Assembly: GCA_019057815.1 (NCBI GenBank) | Contig: JAHLWR010000001.1 | Location: 224,001-288,000 of the forward strand | Length of the DNA: 64,000 nt | Origin: Candidatus Heimdallarchaeota archaeon | GTDB lineage: Archaea; Asgardarchaeota; Heimdallarchaeia; Heimdallarchaeales; Heimdallarchaeaceae | Direction of reading: 5' to 3' | In this document: one piece after another, positions 18,433 through 29,541 of the stretch | Layout: each line of letters opens with the position of its first letter | Position numbering within the stretch: the first letter of the stretch is position 1 | The notes under the pieces: model-generated | The model's input: only the letters and a program-made list of their open reading frames with translations | The model's database searches: none | Told to the model about the DNA's origin: nothing | Program-made: the position numbers and the translations under genes

Positions 18433-19929
18433 GTGATGAATGAGTTCATTTCTTTTCGAAATTTTAGTTTTCGTTATTACTTGAGGAAGGAATGGTCTTT
18501 AAAATCAGTGGACCTTAATATAAAAAAAGGGGAACTTATTATTCTTACAGGACCTAGTGGTTCTGGAAAAACCTCAGTATGCTATTCAATAAATGGTCTC
18601 ATTCCTCATTTTTATGCTGGGGAAGTTAAAGGAAATGTATTTGTAGCGGAAAAAAAGGTAAGTAAAAGACCAGTCTCAGAATTAAGTAAAAAAATTGGTT
18701 ATATTCCCCAAAGAGCTGAAAATTCTTTCGTCACGCCATATGTTTTCAGTGAATTAGCTTTTCCTCTTGAATATCGAAGTTTCTCTAAAGAGAGTATAAA
18801 AAACAAAATTCTTGAACTTGCAAATTATTTGGATCTTACAAAACTCTTGAAGAGAAACCCAAATGAATTATCTGAAGGTGAAAAACAGAAATTGGCAATT
18901 GGGTGCGCTTTAGTTACAGAACCCGAAATTATTGTAGCTGACGAGCCTTTAGCAAATCTGGATTATTCTAACCAACAAAAGATTATTACAATTTTCAAAT
19001 CACTTCAACAGAAAGGAAAAACGATTATCATAGCGACACACGAGTATTTCAAATATAGAGAGCTCAACCCAAGATTCATACAGATTGAAAAAGGACAAAT
19101 AACGGGGAATCTTATAGAAAATGGGGAAGGAAGTAAAAAGGAATTCGAAATCATCAAAAAGAAATTATGTCTCAACGATATCAAAAGTGAAAAAGAAAGC
19201 GAAGTTTCAAAAAGTGAGGTAGAAGTGAAAAATCTTAGCTTTAAATTTTCGAATGGTTTTTCTATTTCAGATATTAATTTCACAACAAATCGTGGCAAAG
19301 TAATAGGGTTGATTGGTGACAATGGTTCTGGAAAAACCACTCTTTTTAGACTACTTTGTGGATTTTTAAAACCTGATTCTGGTTCAATAAAACTGTCTGG
19401 AAAAGACCTGAAAGATTGGAATTGGTCGGAATTAGCAGCGTATTTAGGGGTTATTTTTCAGGATCCAGATAAACAGTTTTTTGAAGAAGAAATTGGGAAA
19501 GAGGCAGTTTTTATTTCAAAAAACTTAGACTTGAATCTTATAGACACTAATAAAATTGAGAACGAATTATCCAGTTGTCATTTAGAGAATTATGTGTTAT
19601 ATAATCCCCATTCTTTATCACATGGGGAGAAGAGACGATTAGCATTTGTTTCCTCAACGTTTCACAAACCAGAACTTATCTTAATTGATGAAGTAACTAA
19701 TGGACTCGATAGAGAAAATAAAGAATGGGTATCTAATCAAATATTAAAACTTAAACAAGAAAATAAAATGTTAATTATTGTATCTCATGATTGGCATTGG
19801 TTATCAAAATTTGTAGATGAGATTATTTACCTTAAGAACGGAAGAATTGAACAAGTATTAAATAAAGACCAATTTTACAGCATTCTTCAGAAAGCTACAA
19901 AGGGTGAAACTATTCTTTTGGAGAGATGA
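18433..19929 (+). CDS. ECF transporter fused double ATPase
   Basis: Two ABC domains: GPSGSGKT/LSEGEKQ and GDNGSGKT/LSHGEKR. Confidence 0.9.
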   Translation: MMNEFISFRNFSFRYYLRKEWSLKSVDLNIKKGELIILTGPSGSGKTSVCYSINGLIPHFYAGEVKGNVFVAEKKVSKRPVSELSKKIGYIPQRAENSFVTPYVFSELAFPLEYRSFSKESIKNKILELANYLDLTKLLKRNPNELSEGEKQKLAIGCALVTEPEIIVADEPLANLDYSNQQKIITIFKSLQQKGKTIIIATHEYFKYRELNPRFIQIEKGQITGNLIENGEGSKKEFEIIKKKLCLNDIKSEKESEVSKSEVEVKNLSFKFSNGFSISDINFTTNRGKVIGLIGDNGSGKTTLFRLLCGFLKPDSGSIKLSGKDLKDWNWSELAAYLGVIFQDPDKQFFEEEIGKEAVFISKNLDLNLIDTNKIENELSSCHLENYVLYNPHSLSHGEKRRLAFVSSTFHKPELILIDEVTNGLDRENKEWVSNQILKLKQENKMLIIVSHDWHWLSKFVDEIIYLKNGRIEQVLNKDQFYSILQKATKGETILLER

Positions 19930-19932
19930 ATA

Positions 19933-20670
19933 TTGAGTATAGAAAACTATTCCGACGATAAAACCTTCTTTCATTTGTCTAAGAAATACTCAATTGATTC
20001 CCGTACAAAACTAGTAATCTTATCCTTAATGCTTTTTTCCATTTTCTTTTTCAGAGATTGGATAGTCCTATTGTCTTTAACTGCTACTTCTGTGCTATTT
20101 GTAATTCTAGTGAAACCTAAAATTGTTTTCTTGATTAGATTTATAGTATTCTTACTTGTTTTTTCATGTTTAGCAACCTTTTTTGCGTATCGTTCTAATT
20201 CAACTATTGATCCGTTTGAAATTTTTGCTATTATCAGTAGTAGATTTTTGACCACGTTTTTTATCATTACATGGTTCTTTAGCTCAGTACAACCTTATGA
20301 ACTCGCGGTTGTTCTTGAAAAGATGTATGTACCCACCAGAATCACTTGGTTTCTTACAACTATTTATCAATTTATTCCAATTCTTACAAAAGAAGCTCAA
20401 ACCATAAACGAGATTAGAAAATTAAAAGGTTTAACAGCAAAAATGTGGCAATTCAAGAAACAAGTTATTATAATAAAAAGTACGTTGAAGCCGTTAATAA
20501 GCGGAACAATGAATAAAGCAATAGATTTAGCAGAAGCAATGACAATAAAGGGATTTCAACCAAATATTAGAAGAGAGCACATAGTTAACATGAATTTAAG
20601 AATATACGATTTAATTCTAATATTGGTTATGGGAACCTCTCTAATATGTCTAATTATATTTGTAAGATAA
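19933..20670 (+). CDS. ECF transporter T component (CbiQ/EcfT family)
   Basis: IDSRTKL, TM helices and LAEAMTIKGF; follows the ECF ATPase. Confidence 0.85.
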   Translation: MSIENYSDDKTFFHLSKKYSIDSRTKLVILSLMLFSIFFFRDWIVLLSLTATSVLFVILVKPKIVFLIRFIVFLLVFSCLATFFAYRSNSTIDPFEIFAIISSRFLTTFFIITWFFSSVQPYELAVVLEKMYVPTRITWFLTTIYQFIPILTKEAQTINEIRKLKGLTAKMWQFKKQVIIIKSTLKPLISGTMNKAIDLAEAMTIKGFQPNIRREHIVNMNLRIYDLILILVMGTSLICLIIFVR

Positions 20671-20682
20671 CTATCAACACAA

Positions 20683-21309
20683 CTATTTTTTAATCCTTTC
20701 TAGAATAATTTTGAGAATGTCTCTATGTACATCTTCTTTTTCTCGTGAAACATTTATGAGAAAGAATAAGTCGGGAAATTCATTAACAAGTTCTAAGTAG
20801 ATATTTCTCACTCGTTGAAGACTTTCATGCTTTTCAAAAGTATTGGTTCCATGTGTTCTTTCTTTAGATATCCTTTCTACTGCCTCATCGACACTTAAAT
20901 CTAGTAAAATAACGATTTTTGGTTCAATTGCAATTTTCATATTTTCGTTGAGAATATATTTCCAATTTAACCCTCTAGAACCTTGGTAAGCTACAGATGA
21001 GAAATAATAACGATCTGTAACAATTATCTTACCTTGATGAAGTAATGGAATAACTTCCTCTTTTAAATGGAGTTTTCTATCCTCTAGAAACAGTTTAAAT
21101 TCCTCTTCAACCGATAAACGTGTCGGAGCAAAAAAGCTTTCACGTAGTTTTTTTCCTTGTTCTGACCACTTTGTAGGTTCAGTTGTATATTCTGCATCAT
21201 AACTCAACGAACAGAGACGTTCAACAAGTAACTTTGAATGAGTAGTTTTTCCAGAACCATCAATTCCTTCCAAACAGATAAGAAAACCAGCAGAGGTTGA
21301 ATCAGACAT
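20683..21309 (-). CDS. tmk: Thymidylate kinase
   Basis: LEGIDGSGKTT, TTEPT, TDRYYFSSVAYQG; ATG at 21309 preferred. Confidence 0.94.
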   Translation of the reverse strand: MSDSTSAGFLICLEGIDGSGKTTHSKLLVERLCSLSYDAEYTTEPTKWSEQGKKLRESFFAPTRLSVEEEFKLFLEDRKLHLKEEVIPLLHQGKIIVTDRYYFSSVAYQGSRGLNWKYILNENMKIAIEPKIVILLDLSVDEAVERISKERTHGTNTFEKHESLQRVRNIYLELVNEFPDLFFLINVSREKEDVHRDILKIILERIKK

Positions 21310-21456
21310 GGTGTCAAATGTATGCTCAATAAATAAAATACTTGTGGTCAACAACTTCTCAAAAACAATAAAATATAAAATCATCCCTTTTTAGGAAAGC
21401 TTTAAATTCCTACTTTTCCCGTTTGATTTAACCTAGAGGCCATATCTCTGGTTGAT

Positions 21457-22830
21457 GTGAGTGGTACTATGTTTTCACAAAACTTTGCAGAATTAATAGA
21501 TTATGCAATTAAAAAGTTTGAAATTAACTTTTTTGATTCTTTTGAAATTAGCTGTGTTGACAGATTGCACGCATTAACACGGTTTACAAAATCAACTATA
21601 CACCAAAATGTTTCAAATCATACAAACCACTTTTTATTTAGAGTTTCAAAGGGTAAACGAATATGTTCAACATCTCTTACTTCTCTAACTCCCAAATCCA
21701 TAGATGATACGATTTCAGAACTAAAAAACATGGTTTCACATTTGCCTGAAATACCTTTCTTTGAAGGTTTCATAGAACATCCAACAGCTACTGTTCCTTC
21801 TGTTCAGGTAACAGATTCATTGTTAGATGAATACCAGCGAGCTGATATAGTAGAAGAAGCAGTAAATGCTGCAGAAGAAGTAGATCCCAATGTAAGACTT
21901 GCTGGTTCAGTATTTATTACGGATTTGCGTTTTTGTATAATTAATTCAAATGATATTGATTTTTCCCATCATTTGACTTATAATGGTTTAATAGTCAACG
22001 CACTCACTGAACGTGAAAATAAGGGTTATGCTAAAGAAGAACAATACGTTAGAGATCCATTAGAACTCAATCCATCTGATATTGCAAGAAAAGCAACAGA
22101 ATTATCAGTTAATACTTGTTTTGCTAGAAGTTATGATCAAGGCGAGTATGAAGTAATTCTCTCTCCTTCTGCAGCAGGAACATTGTTACGATTTCTTTCA
22201 TTTGGTTTCAATGGTACGAGTTATCATGAATCGCAGAGTTTCATTTCTGATGAAATTGGAAGCCAATTATTTGATACTAAATTGACGTTGGTTGATGACC
22301 CTCTTAATGAAGAAACAATGCTATCCTCACCTATTGATGGTGAAGGAGCCCTAAAAAAGCAACTTTGCTTAATAGAAAATGGAATACCTAAAACAATCCT
22401 CTACGACAGTTTTTTAGCATCAAAATATCTTGGAGATAAATCTAAAACTACAGCCCATAAAGTAGTTCCCTATTCAGACTATATTTTTGGAGGAGCTTTA
22501 CCACTTAATCTTGTTCTTCAACCAGGCAACTCAAATCTAGAAGAAATGTTTGAAGAAACTAAAAAAGGATTTTTCATAAATCGGTTACATTATACAAATT
22601 TTGTTAACAGGCGCTTAGGAGCTATTACTGGTCTCACAAGGGATGGTTTGCAATATATTGAAAATGGAGAAATAGTTTCCGCAGCCAAGAATTTCAGATT
22701 CACAGATAGTCTTACAAGGATTCTAAAAAACGTTTCACTAATAGGAAAGAAACTTCATACAAGTGCGACAATAAAATGCCCTGCAATTAAACTCCCATCA
22801 TTCAAATTCACTGGAAAAAGTAAGCATTAG
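21457..22830 (+). CDS. TldE/PmbA-family protein
   Basis: LTRFTKSTIHQNV, DDPL...PIDGEG, TGLTRDG...IENGE; no HExxxH motif. Confidence 0.88.
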   Translation: MSGTMFSQNFAELIDYAIKKFEINFFDSFEISCVDRLHALTRFTKSTIHQNVSNHTNHFLFRVSKGKRICSTSLTSLTPKSIDDTISELKNMVSHLPEIPFFEGFIEHPTATVPSVQVTDSLLDEYQRADIVEEAVNAAEEVDPNVRLAGSVFITDLRFCIINSNDIDFSHHLTYNGLIVNALTERENKGYAKEEQYVRDPLELNPSDIARKATELSVNTCFARSYDQGEYEVILSPSAAGTLLRFLSFGFNGTSYHESQSFISDEIGSQLFDTKLTLVDDPLNEETMLSSPIDGEGALKKQLCLIENGIPKTILYDSFLASKYLGDKSKTTAHKVVPYSDYIFGGALPLNLVLQPGNSNLEEMFEETKKGFFINRLHYTNFVNRRLGAITGLTRDGLQYIENGEIVSAAKNFRFTDSLTRILKNVSLIGKKLHTSATIKCPAIKLPSFKFTGKSKH

Positions 22831-22875
22831 CCAAATAAGTTGTTACTAACGTAGAATACTAACCTGGTTGTCAAG

Positions 22876-23835
22876 ATGTTTAAAGAAGTAGAATTAACTT
22901 ATCAAAGAATACAAAAAATTGCTAATCACACGCCTGTAATGACTTCAACTACATTAAATAAGAAAGTAAACGCAGAATGTTATATTAAATGCGAAAATTT
23001 TCAAAAAACAGGATCATTCAAATTTAGGGGAGCGTTAAATAGCTTATCACTTTTGTCTCCCGAAAACAAAAAAAGGGGTGTTATCACTCATTCTTCGGGA
23101 AATCATGCTCAAGCTCTAGCATTAGCTGCAAAACTAATTGGAGTGAAAGCTGTTATTGTTATGCCAAAAAATGCTCCAAAAGTGAAAGTTAAAGCAACAA
23201 AAGGGTATGGAGCAGAAATTATTTTTTGTGGAAATAAACCTGGAGATAGAGAAAAAGCTGTTGACCTATTAATAGAACAATATAGTTACAAATTAATTCA
23301 TCCTTCAAACGATTTAGAAATTATTTATGGGCAAGGTACTGCAGCTTATGAACTCATAAGAGAAGTAGGAGATCAGGATTTTGTTTTCGCTCCTTGTGGT
23401 GGTGGTGGTCTTTTATCAGGAACATCAATTGCATCAAAAGGATTGTGTCCCAATGTAAAAGTAATAGGTGTAGAACCAAAGAACGCTGATGATGCCTATC
23501 GATCTTTTAGAGATGGAAAAATATATCCTTCGCTTAACCCTAATACAATAGCTGATGGTTTAAGAACATCCCTCGGTACAAATACTTTCAAAATAATCAG
23601 AAAACAAGTTGATAAAATCATCACAGTAACAGAACAAGAAATAGTTAACGCAATGAAGTTTTACTGGACAAGAATGAAACTAATTGTAGAGCCTTCAGGT
23701 GCAGTTTCACTAGCTGGCGTATTGTCAAATAAAATTAATCTAACTTCTAAAAAAGTGGGCATAATCATTTCTGGTGGAAATGTTGATTTAACAGATTTTT
23801 TCAATAAAATTATAGAAGAACTAAATCACGAATAG
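22876..23835 (+). CDS. Serine/threonine dehydratase (serine racemase-like, PLP fold II)
   Basis: KCENFQKTGSFKFRGA, SSGNHAQ, GGGGLLSG, VEPSGA and SGGNVD motifs. Confidence 0.92.
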   Translation: MFKEVELTYQRIQKIANHTPVMTSTTLNKKVNAECYIKCENFQKTGSFKFRGALNSLSLLSPENKKRGVITHSSGNHAQALALAAKLIGVKAVIVMPKNAPKVKVKATKGYGAEIIFCGNKPGDREKAVDLLIEQYSYKLIHPSNDLEIIYGQGTAAYELIREVGDQDFVFAPCGGGGLLSGTSIASKGLCPNVKVIGVEPKNADDAYRSFRDGKIYPSLNPNTIADGLRTSLGTNTFKIIRKQVDKIITVTEQEIVNAMKFYWTRMKLIVEPSGAVSLAGVLSNKINLTSKKVGIIISGGNVDLTDFFNKIIEELNHE

Positions 23836-23930
23836 AAGAAAATAAGTGGTGATTACCAGTCCGTATTTTAATCTATGTAACCTTTGAAATTCTAGCAGGT
23901 TTTGATGAAGTATTTCTACAAAACGTGATA

Positions 23931-25364
23931 TTAGGATGTAAGTGTTAAGGTTGTAGTTGGTTTAGAAGCAAAGCGATAGCACTTAGTAAGAATAGCAATA
24001 AGGATTGTTGTTACCAATAAAAATACTCCTGAGCCCACCATTGTAGCAATTATTCCGACATTGTCTGCTGTAAACCCTGATAATGAAAGACAAATTACAC
24101 TTAGTATCTGAATATACGAGTTGACAGCTCCATAAGCTCGCCCTCTAACTTCATTAGGAATAGATTCAGCAAAAATTGCGTTAATAGATAAACTAAACAT
24201 CCCATTAACTATTCCAAATATTGAATTGAAAACTACAAGTAGAACAAATGATGGTCCAAAAATAAAAATTATATAAAAAGCTGCCATTGCAAAGGAGCCC
24301 ATAAAAATTGCTCTTCCTCTACCTATTTTTTTTTCATATTTTCCAAAGGCTAAATTTCCCATTATTGCGCCTGCAGCTCCAAAAGCTCCAAGTATTCCAT
24401 ATTCTGTTTGAGCAGCTTTTTCAATCAAATTTAGATTGATGAGTGAATCATATCTATTGATTGTTTTTAGTAAAGTTATCATTTTCGCAGATAAGGCTTG
24501 ATAAGCTGGGGTTTGGCCATGTACAATCTCAAAAAGATATGGGAAGAGCAAGGGACCTGCAAAGGCTGTACCTAGAATTAAGAAACTAAATAAGATAATA
24601 AGAATTCGAACTGTCTTGTGCTTAAACAGGTATTTGTACCCCTCTTTCATATCGCTAAATACTGTTTTTACTGTAATCTTACCTGTTTTATCTCTTGAGG
24701 CAGAAGGAATTTTTGTAAAAGAAAGAATTACTGCGGAAATAAAGTAACAACTTGCAATTATCCAAAAAGTATTGGATCCTAATAAGGGATAGATTGGCGC
24801 AGCAATAAGGGGACCAAGAACTGCTAAAGTTTGAAAGACTAGCTGACTTAAACTAATCGCTTTCACATATAAACGTAATCCTGTGATTTCAGGAATTGCA
24901 GCAGAACGTGGAGCAACAAACGAAGCTGATGCTAACCCTATAAAAAAGGAAATGATGACGATGCCAGATATGCTGGTCATAAAAGGCAGCAATATAATAG
25001 AGACTCCACGAAGAATATCTGAGCTTATCATCATTGTCTTACGATTAACACGATCTGCAAAAACTCCCGCAATTGGAGCTATTATGACCCACGGAATTGT
25101 TTGCGCTGCTAAAACTAGAGTCATCTGTGTTTTTGATCCAGTTATAGAGTAAACATACATTATTATTGCAATTCGAAAAATAGCATCCCCAAAATTACTG
25201 AAGAATTGACCTGAAAGGAGTCTCATAAAATCTTTGTTTTTGAATACATCCCTGTAGCTTGGTTCACTTCCCTCAACAGATGCAGAATCAGATTGGTGCT
25301 CTTCATGACCATTTGATTCTAACTCGTTATTAGGATGATTCTCAGAATTTGTGGGGTCATTCAT
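23931..25364 (-). CDS. MFS transporter (DHA3/H+ antiporter-like)
   Basis: GVFADRVNRK motif A; about 12 TM segments. Confidence 0.88.
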   Translation of the reverse strand: MNDPTNSENHPNNELESNGHEEHQSDSASVEGSEPSYRDVFKNKDFMRLLSGQFFSNFGDAIFRIAIIMYVYSITGSKTQMTLVLAAQTIPWVIIAPIAGVFADRVNRKTMMISSDILRGVSIILLPFMTSISGIVIISFFIGLASASFVAPRSAAIPEITGLRLYVKAISLSQLVFQTLAVLGPLIAAPIYPLLGSNTFWIIASCYFISAVILSFTKIPSASRDKTGKITVKTVFSDMKEGYKYLFKHKTVRILIILFSFLILGTAFAGPLLFPYLFEIVHGQTPAYQALSAKMITLLKTINRYDSLINLNLIEKAAQTEYGILGAFGAAGAIMGNLAFGKYEKKIGRGRAIFMGSFAMAAFYIIFIFGPSFVLLVVFNSIFGIVNGMFSLSINAIFAESIPNEVRGRAYGAVNSYIQILSVICLSLSGFTADNVGIIATMVGSGVFLLVTTILIAILTKCYRFASKPTTTLTLTS

Positions 25365-25456
25365 AAAATCTACTTTCACAATTTCTTTTTAACGAAGAAG
25401 ATTTTCGTGTAATAATAACTTTTTCTTTCCTATATTTCGTTATTAACTGCTTGTTA

Positions 25457-26938
25457 TCATTTCAAGAGTCCTGTTTTCTCATTGAATTCAACGATTAACT
25501 CATCTATATCTTTACTCAACAGTGGAATAGTTCTCCAGTAATCATCGTCATACCATTGATTGTTAAGCTCTTCCAGTTCTCGATTTTGTTGCTCAATCCA
25601 AGTAAAATACTTCAGATTATGAATTCTTTTTTTCTCCATGTAATCTAATTCTAGCATATTATCAATTTTTTGTCCTTGTAAATGAGCATAAAAGTCACGT
25701 ATAGAGTCTTCTCGAGTATATGGACCAATTTTTTGATTCAATTCTTGTAACCGTGATTGATACAATTCCATTGAATCTGTAAAAACAGTAACTATCACAT
25801 CATTTTTTGTTAATTCAAAGTATTTTGCGAATTTAATAGACATAAGCATATTTGCAATGCTAGAGATGCCTAGGAGTGGAAGTTTCTCTATTACTTCCTC
25901 AGTTATTCCCATTTCTTTAAGATATTTTTGACCTTCTTTTTCATTAAATAAACGCATTATTCTCACTGTATCAACATCATCAATTGCAATTACCATATCT
26001 GTATTTTTGATGTTGTGAATCCAGGGTATATGCTTGTCTCCTATTCCTTCAATTTTATGTGCGCCATATCCAGTTAATAACATGGTAGGACATTGTAAGG
26101 CTTCTCCTGCAACAATTTTCATACTAGGGTATATTTGTTTAAGATAATCACCACACCCAAGTGTTCCAGCTGATCCTGAGGTTAATGTTAGACCTCTAAA
26201 CTTGTTGTTACCTAACTCTTTATCTAGAACTTCTTCGATGGCAGGCCCAGAAACTTGATGATGCCACAAATAGTTACCAAATTCTTCGAATTGATTAAAA
26301 ATGAAGAGATTTTCACGAGTTCTTTTTAATTCCCAAACTTTGTCAAAAATCTCTTTCACATTGCTTTCGCTTCCAGGTGTTTTTATAATCTCTCCTGCAA
26401 CTGATTGCAACCACTTAAACCGCTCTGAAGACATTTCTTCAGGTAAGATAGCTATTGATTCACAAGCAAGTAAAGTTGAATCGTAAGCACCCCCTCGACA
26501 ATAGTTTCCGGTACTAGGCCAGACAGCTTTGTGAATAACAGGATTAAATTGTCCAGTAACTAAACGAGGAATAAGACAGCCAAAAGTGGCGCCGACCTTA
26601 TGAGAACCAGTAGGAAAATATTTGCCAACCAAACCAATAATACGTGCTTCCACTCCCGTTATCTCAGGAGGTAATTCAAGATAGTTAACATTATTGAAAC
26701 CACCGCCGTCAGGAACAGGATCATTCTTCCAGTTAATCCTAAAGAGATTTCGAGAGTGAATATCCCAAAGACCAATAGATTGTAATTCTTCTGTAATGGA
26801 AGGAGGAATTAATGTTGGATCTCTTTGCTGTGCAAAAGTGGGTATGATAATATTTCTCTCACGAGCGCGTTGGATAGCACTTTCCAATCCCTTATCATTT
26901 ATTGTTAAATCAATCATTAGTAAACCTTCAATTACCAA
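25457..26938 (-). CDS. PLP-dependent enzyme, cysteine-synthase-like fold II, function unknown
   Basis: FPTGSHKVGA (PLP Lys), WPSTGNYCRGG, GSAGTLG, IEGIGDKHIP; the start may be the ATG at 26917. Confidence 0.82.
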   Translation of the reverse strand: MVIEGLLMIDLTINDKGLESAIQRARERNIIIPTFAQQRDPTLIPPSITEELQSIGLWDIHSRNLFRINWKNDPVPDGGGFNNVNYLELPPEITGVEARIIGLVGKYFPTGSHKVGATFGCLIPRLVTGQFNPVIHKAVWPSTGNYCRGGAYDSTLLACESIAILPEEMSSERFKWLQSVAGEIIKTPGSESNVKEIFDKVWELKRTRENLFIFNQFEEFGNYLWHHQVSGPAIEEVLDKELGNNKFRGLTLTSGSAGTLGCGDYLKQIYPSMKIVAGEALQCPTMLLTGYGAHKIEGIGDKHIPWIHNIKNTDMVIAIDDVDTVRIMRLFNEKEGQKYLKEMGITEEVIEKLPLLGISSIANMLMSIKFAKYFELTKNDVIVTVFTDSMELYQSRLQELNQKIGPYTREDSIRDFYAHLQGQKIDNMLELDYMEKKRIHNLKYFTWIEQQNRELEELNNQWYDDDYWRTIPLLSKDIDELIVEFNEKTGLLK

Positions 26939-27039
26939 GTTTCTTTAATTTTGTGTATTAATAGAGAATAAGCTTTGTGGATTTTATTTAAAAATAAACC
27001 AAGAATGCTAAAAATCAGATTTATAGAAGACGGGGAAAA

Positions 27040-28503
27040 TTAATTCAATATCCCAACACGAACATTCTCAAATCTAGTGGGAGCAATTCCATGACCTACA
27101 TAAGCTGCTTGTCCTGGTTCTCCCTTTCCACAATTGGGTGTACCAAATACTCTCCACTCTTTTTCTTTGCATATCCCACTCACACTTCCCCAAAATTCAG
27201 GTGTTATTCCCGTGTAAGTTGCATTTTTTACCATTTCTGTCATTTCACCATTTTTTATTCTGTAGCAAATCTCACTACCAAATTGGAAATTCATTCTTAT
27301 ATCATCTATACTCCAGCTTCTATTTGTGTCAAGGAAGTAGCCTTCCTTTGTATCAGCTATTAATTCATCAAAATCCCAATCCCCTGGTTTTAAATTCACA
27401 TTAGTCATTCTAATGATGGGTATTTTATCATATCCCATTGATCTTGCTGCGCCTGAACTTCTTTCTAGACCCGCTGTTTTAGCTGTTTCGCGTGATGATA
27501 AATATCCCACAAATATTCCTTTATCTACCAATAAGTTGCTTTGAGCTTTTACTCCTTCATGATCATAAAAGAATGTCCCCAAACCTCCAGGCACAGTTGC
27601 ATCAGCAACCATTGTTACTAATTCATTTCCATACTTGAAATTCTTATTTAAGAGATCAGGAGTTAGAAAACTTGTTCCTGCATATGCTGCCTCGTAACCT
27701 AAAGCCCTGTCAAGTTCTGTAGGGTGACCACAACTCTCATGAACTTGTAAAGCCAGTTGAGAATGTCCCAAGATAATAGTTGATTTTTCTTGAACCATCT
27801 TTTTAGCTGTTAGTAGTTCTATCGCTTCTTTTGCAGTCTTTTCAGCTGCTTCAAGTAGATTCAATTCTTCAAAGTGCTCATATCCTCTAGTCTGAAAATC
27901 ACCTCTGAAGCTAGCAGGTAAACTTCGTGTTTGTACTTCTCCACTTTCTATTGCAGTTGAAGCTACCCCCCCTCCACACCAAGTCGTTAGTTGATCTATT
28001 CTTGTTCCTTCTGTTGTATGAAGAACTAGATGATCTTTTCTCGCTATAAAATTACTCGTTGCCACCTTTATTGTTTCAGAATGTGATTTTGCCCGTTTCG
28101 TGCATTCTTGTAAAACACCTATTTTTTCATCGATTCCAACCTCGAAAGGATCCTTTTTGACCGGTGTTTTTACAGTATCTTCATAAATTGGTTCATCAGC
28201 TAATTCAATTTCAAACTTCCTTACTAGTGATGAAGCTTTCGCTATTTTTACAGCGCTTTCAGCAAGTTCTGTTATTTTATCTCTTGTTAATTCATTTGTT
28301 GATGCAAAACCCCATGAGCCATTTTTCAGAACTCTTATCCCCAATCCTCTCTTTTCTGTCCTATTCATAGACTCTAAAGATTCATTCTTGAAAGAGATTG
28401 ATTCTATATGGGTGTCCATAAATCTCGCATCAGCGTAATCTGCTCTCCTTAATTCACAACATTTTAATGCATAGGTTACTAAATCAGCTAGATTTCCGGA
28501 CAT
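27040..28503 (-). CDS. tldD: TldD-family metalloprotease
   Basis: HESCGHPTELDR (HExxxH), RMTN and CGKGEPGQ motifs. Confidence 0.92.
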   Translation of the reverse strand: MSGNLADLVTYALKCCELRRADYADARFMDTHIESISFKNESLESMNRTEKRGLGIRVLKNGSWGFASTNELTRDKITELAESAVKIAKASSLVRKFEIELADEPIYEDTVKTPVKKDPFEVGIDEKIGVLQECTKRAKSHSETIKVATSNFIARKDHLVLHTTEGTRIDQLTTWCGGGVASTAIESGEVQTRSLPASFRGDFQTRGYEHFEELNLLEAAEKTAKEAIELLTAKKMVQEKSTIILGHSQLALQVHESCGHPTELDRALGYEAAYAGTSFLTPDLLNKNFKYGNELVTMVADATVPGGLGTFFYDHEGVKAQSNLLVDKGIFVGYLSSRETAKTAGLERSSGAARSMGYDKIPIIRMTNVNLKPGDWDFDELIADTKEGYFLDTNRSWSIDDIRMNFQFGSEICYRIKNGEMTEMVKNATYTGITPEFWGSVSGICKEKEWRVFGTPNCGKGEPGQAAYVGHGIAPTRFENVRVGILN

Positions 28504-28661
28504 ATTTCTCAGAGGAATCTAATCATTCTACTTTAAAACATTTTTCGAACTAATTAAATTCTACAAAAAGAACATTCATGTAATCATAATTCCAGATATA
28601 ATGTTTTAAATAATTGACTCTTTTAATATATTTCTAGATATTATTGGTGATGTGAGAAATA

Positions 28662-29465
28662 ATGAGAACGAAAACTGAGATTTTTGTGTTTTGGTGTATT
28701 ATTGGGTTATTAATAACATCCCTGAACGTATCTTCAATGCAAGAAATTCCTGAAATTGATTCTATCACTTTTCATGAATCCGTGGTGAAAGAAGCTGTCT
28801 TTGATTGGAAAGTAGAGAAACATAGATTTGAAGGAGGAGATATTATCGATACAATGTCTTACCACACTCTTCATTATCAAGAAGGTGACACTTTATCCAT
28901 CAAAATAGTAAAAGACCCATCTGAATCTTCTCCTGAAGAAGTAGGTTTTGGAATTTTTGAATATCAACTGAACGGAACACCGTTTTCATTTGAAGATTCA
29001 CTATTTATGATGAGCGATACTCTTCGAACATTTTATTATATATTACTGTATCCAATTCAATACAGTAATAACACTGGTACACATGACTTTTTCGAATTAT
29101 ACTATGAGTATTTATTATTGCGGAAAGAGTCGAAAGAATCAATGAGCGAAGATATAACAATAACTGTTGAATTTGGTAATAAATATCTGTCTTATGAACA
29201 AGATATTTTAACAGAAATAGAAGGTATGTCACTAGAAAGCCATGATAAAGCAATTTGGAACATAGAAACCGGATTTCTGGAAAAATCTGAAACTTATACT
29301 GAGGTTAATAATGATGGAAACATATCATCTTATGAGTCATTAATAGAGCTTCAAAATGGCAGTATCAGTATACCATTCAACTGGATTTATAGCTTGTATG
29401 GGCTAATTTTCATTAGTATATCTGTGTTAGTATTCAGAAAAAGAAAGAAAATTCTTGATAAATAG
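28662..29465 (+). CDS. Secreted/surface protein with C-terminal TM anchor
   Basis: N-terminal signal-like hydrophobic segment, acidic beta-rich body, C-terminal IPFNWIYSLYGLIFISISVLVF-RKRKK anchor. Confidence 0.78.
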   Translation: MRTKTEIFVFWCIIGLLITSLNVSSMQEIPEIDSITFHESVVKEAVFDWKVEKHRFEGGDIIDTMSYHTLHYQEGDTLSIKIVKDPSESSPEEVGFGIFEYQLNGTPFSFEDSLFMMSDTLRTFYYILLYPIQYSNNTGTHDFFELYYEYLLLRKESKESMSEDITITVEFGNKYLSYEQDILTEIEGMSLESHDKAIWNIETGFLEKSETYTEVNNDGNISSYESLIELQNGSISIPFNWIYSLYGLIFISISVLVFRKRKKILDK

Positions 29466-29541
29466 TTCAAACTTTTTTTTTCTTTTTTCAGTTTAACATA
29501 GAATAACAGAGAGTTCTTGTCCTTTATGTGGTGGTAGTTCC

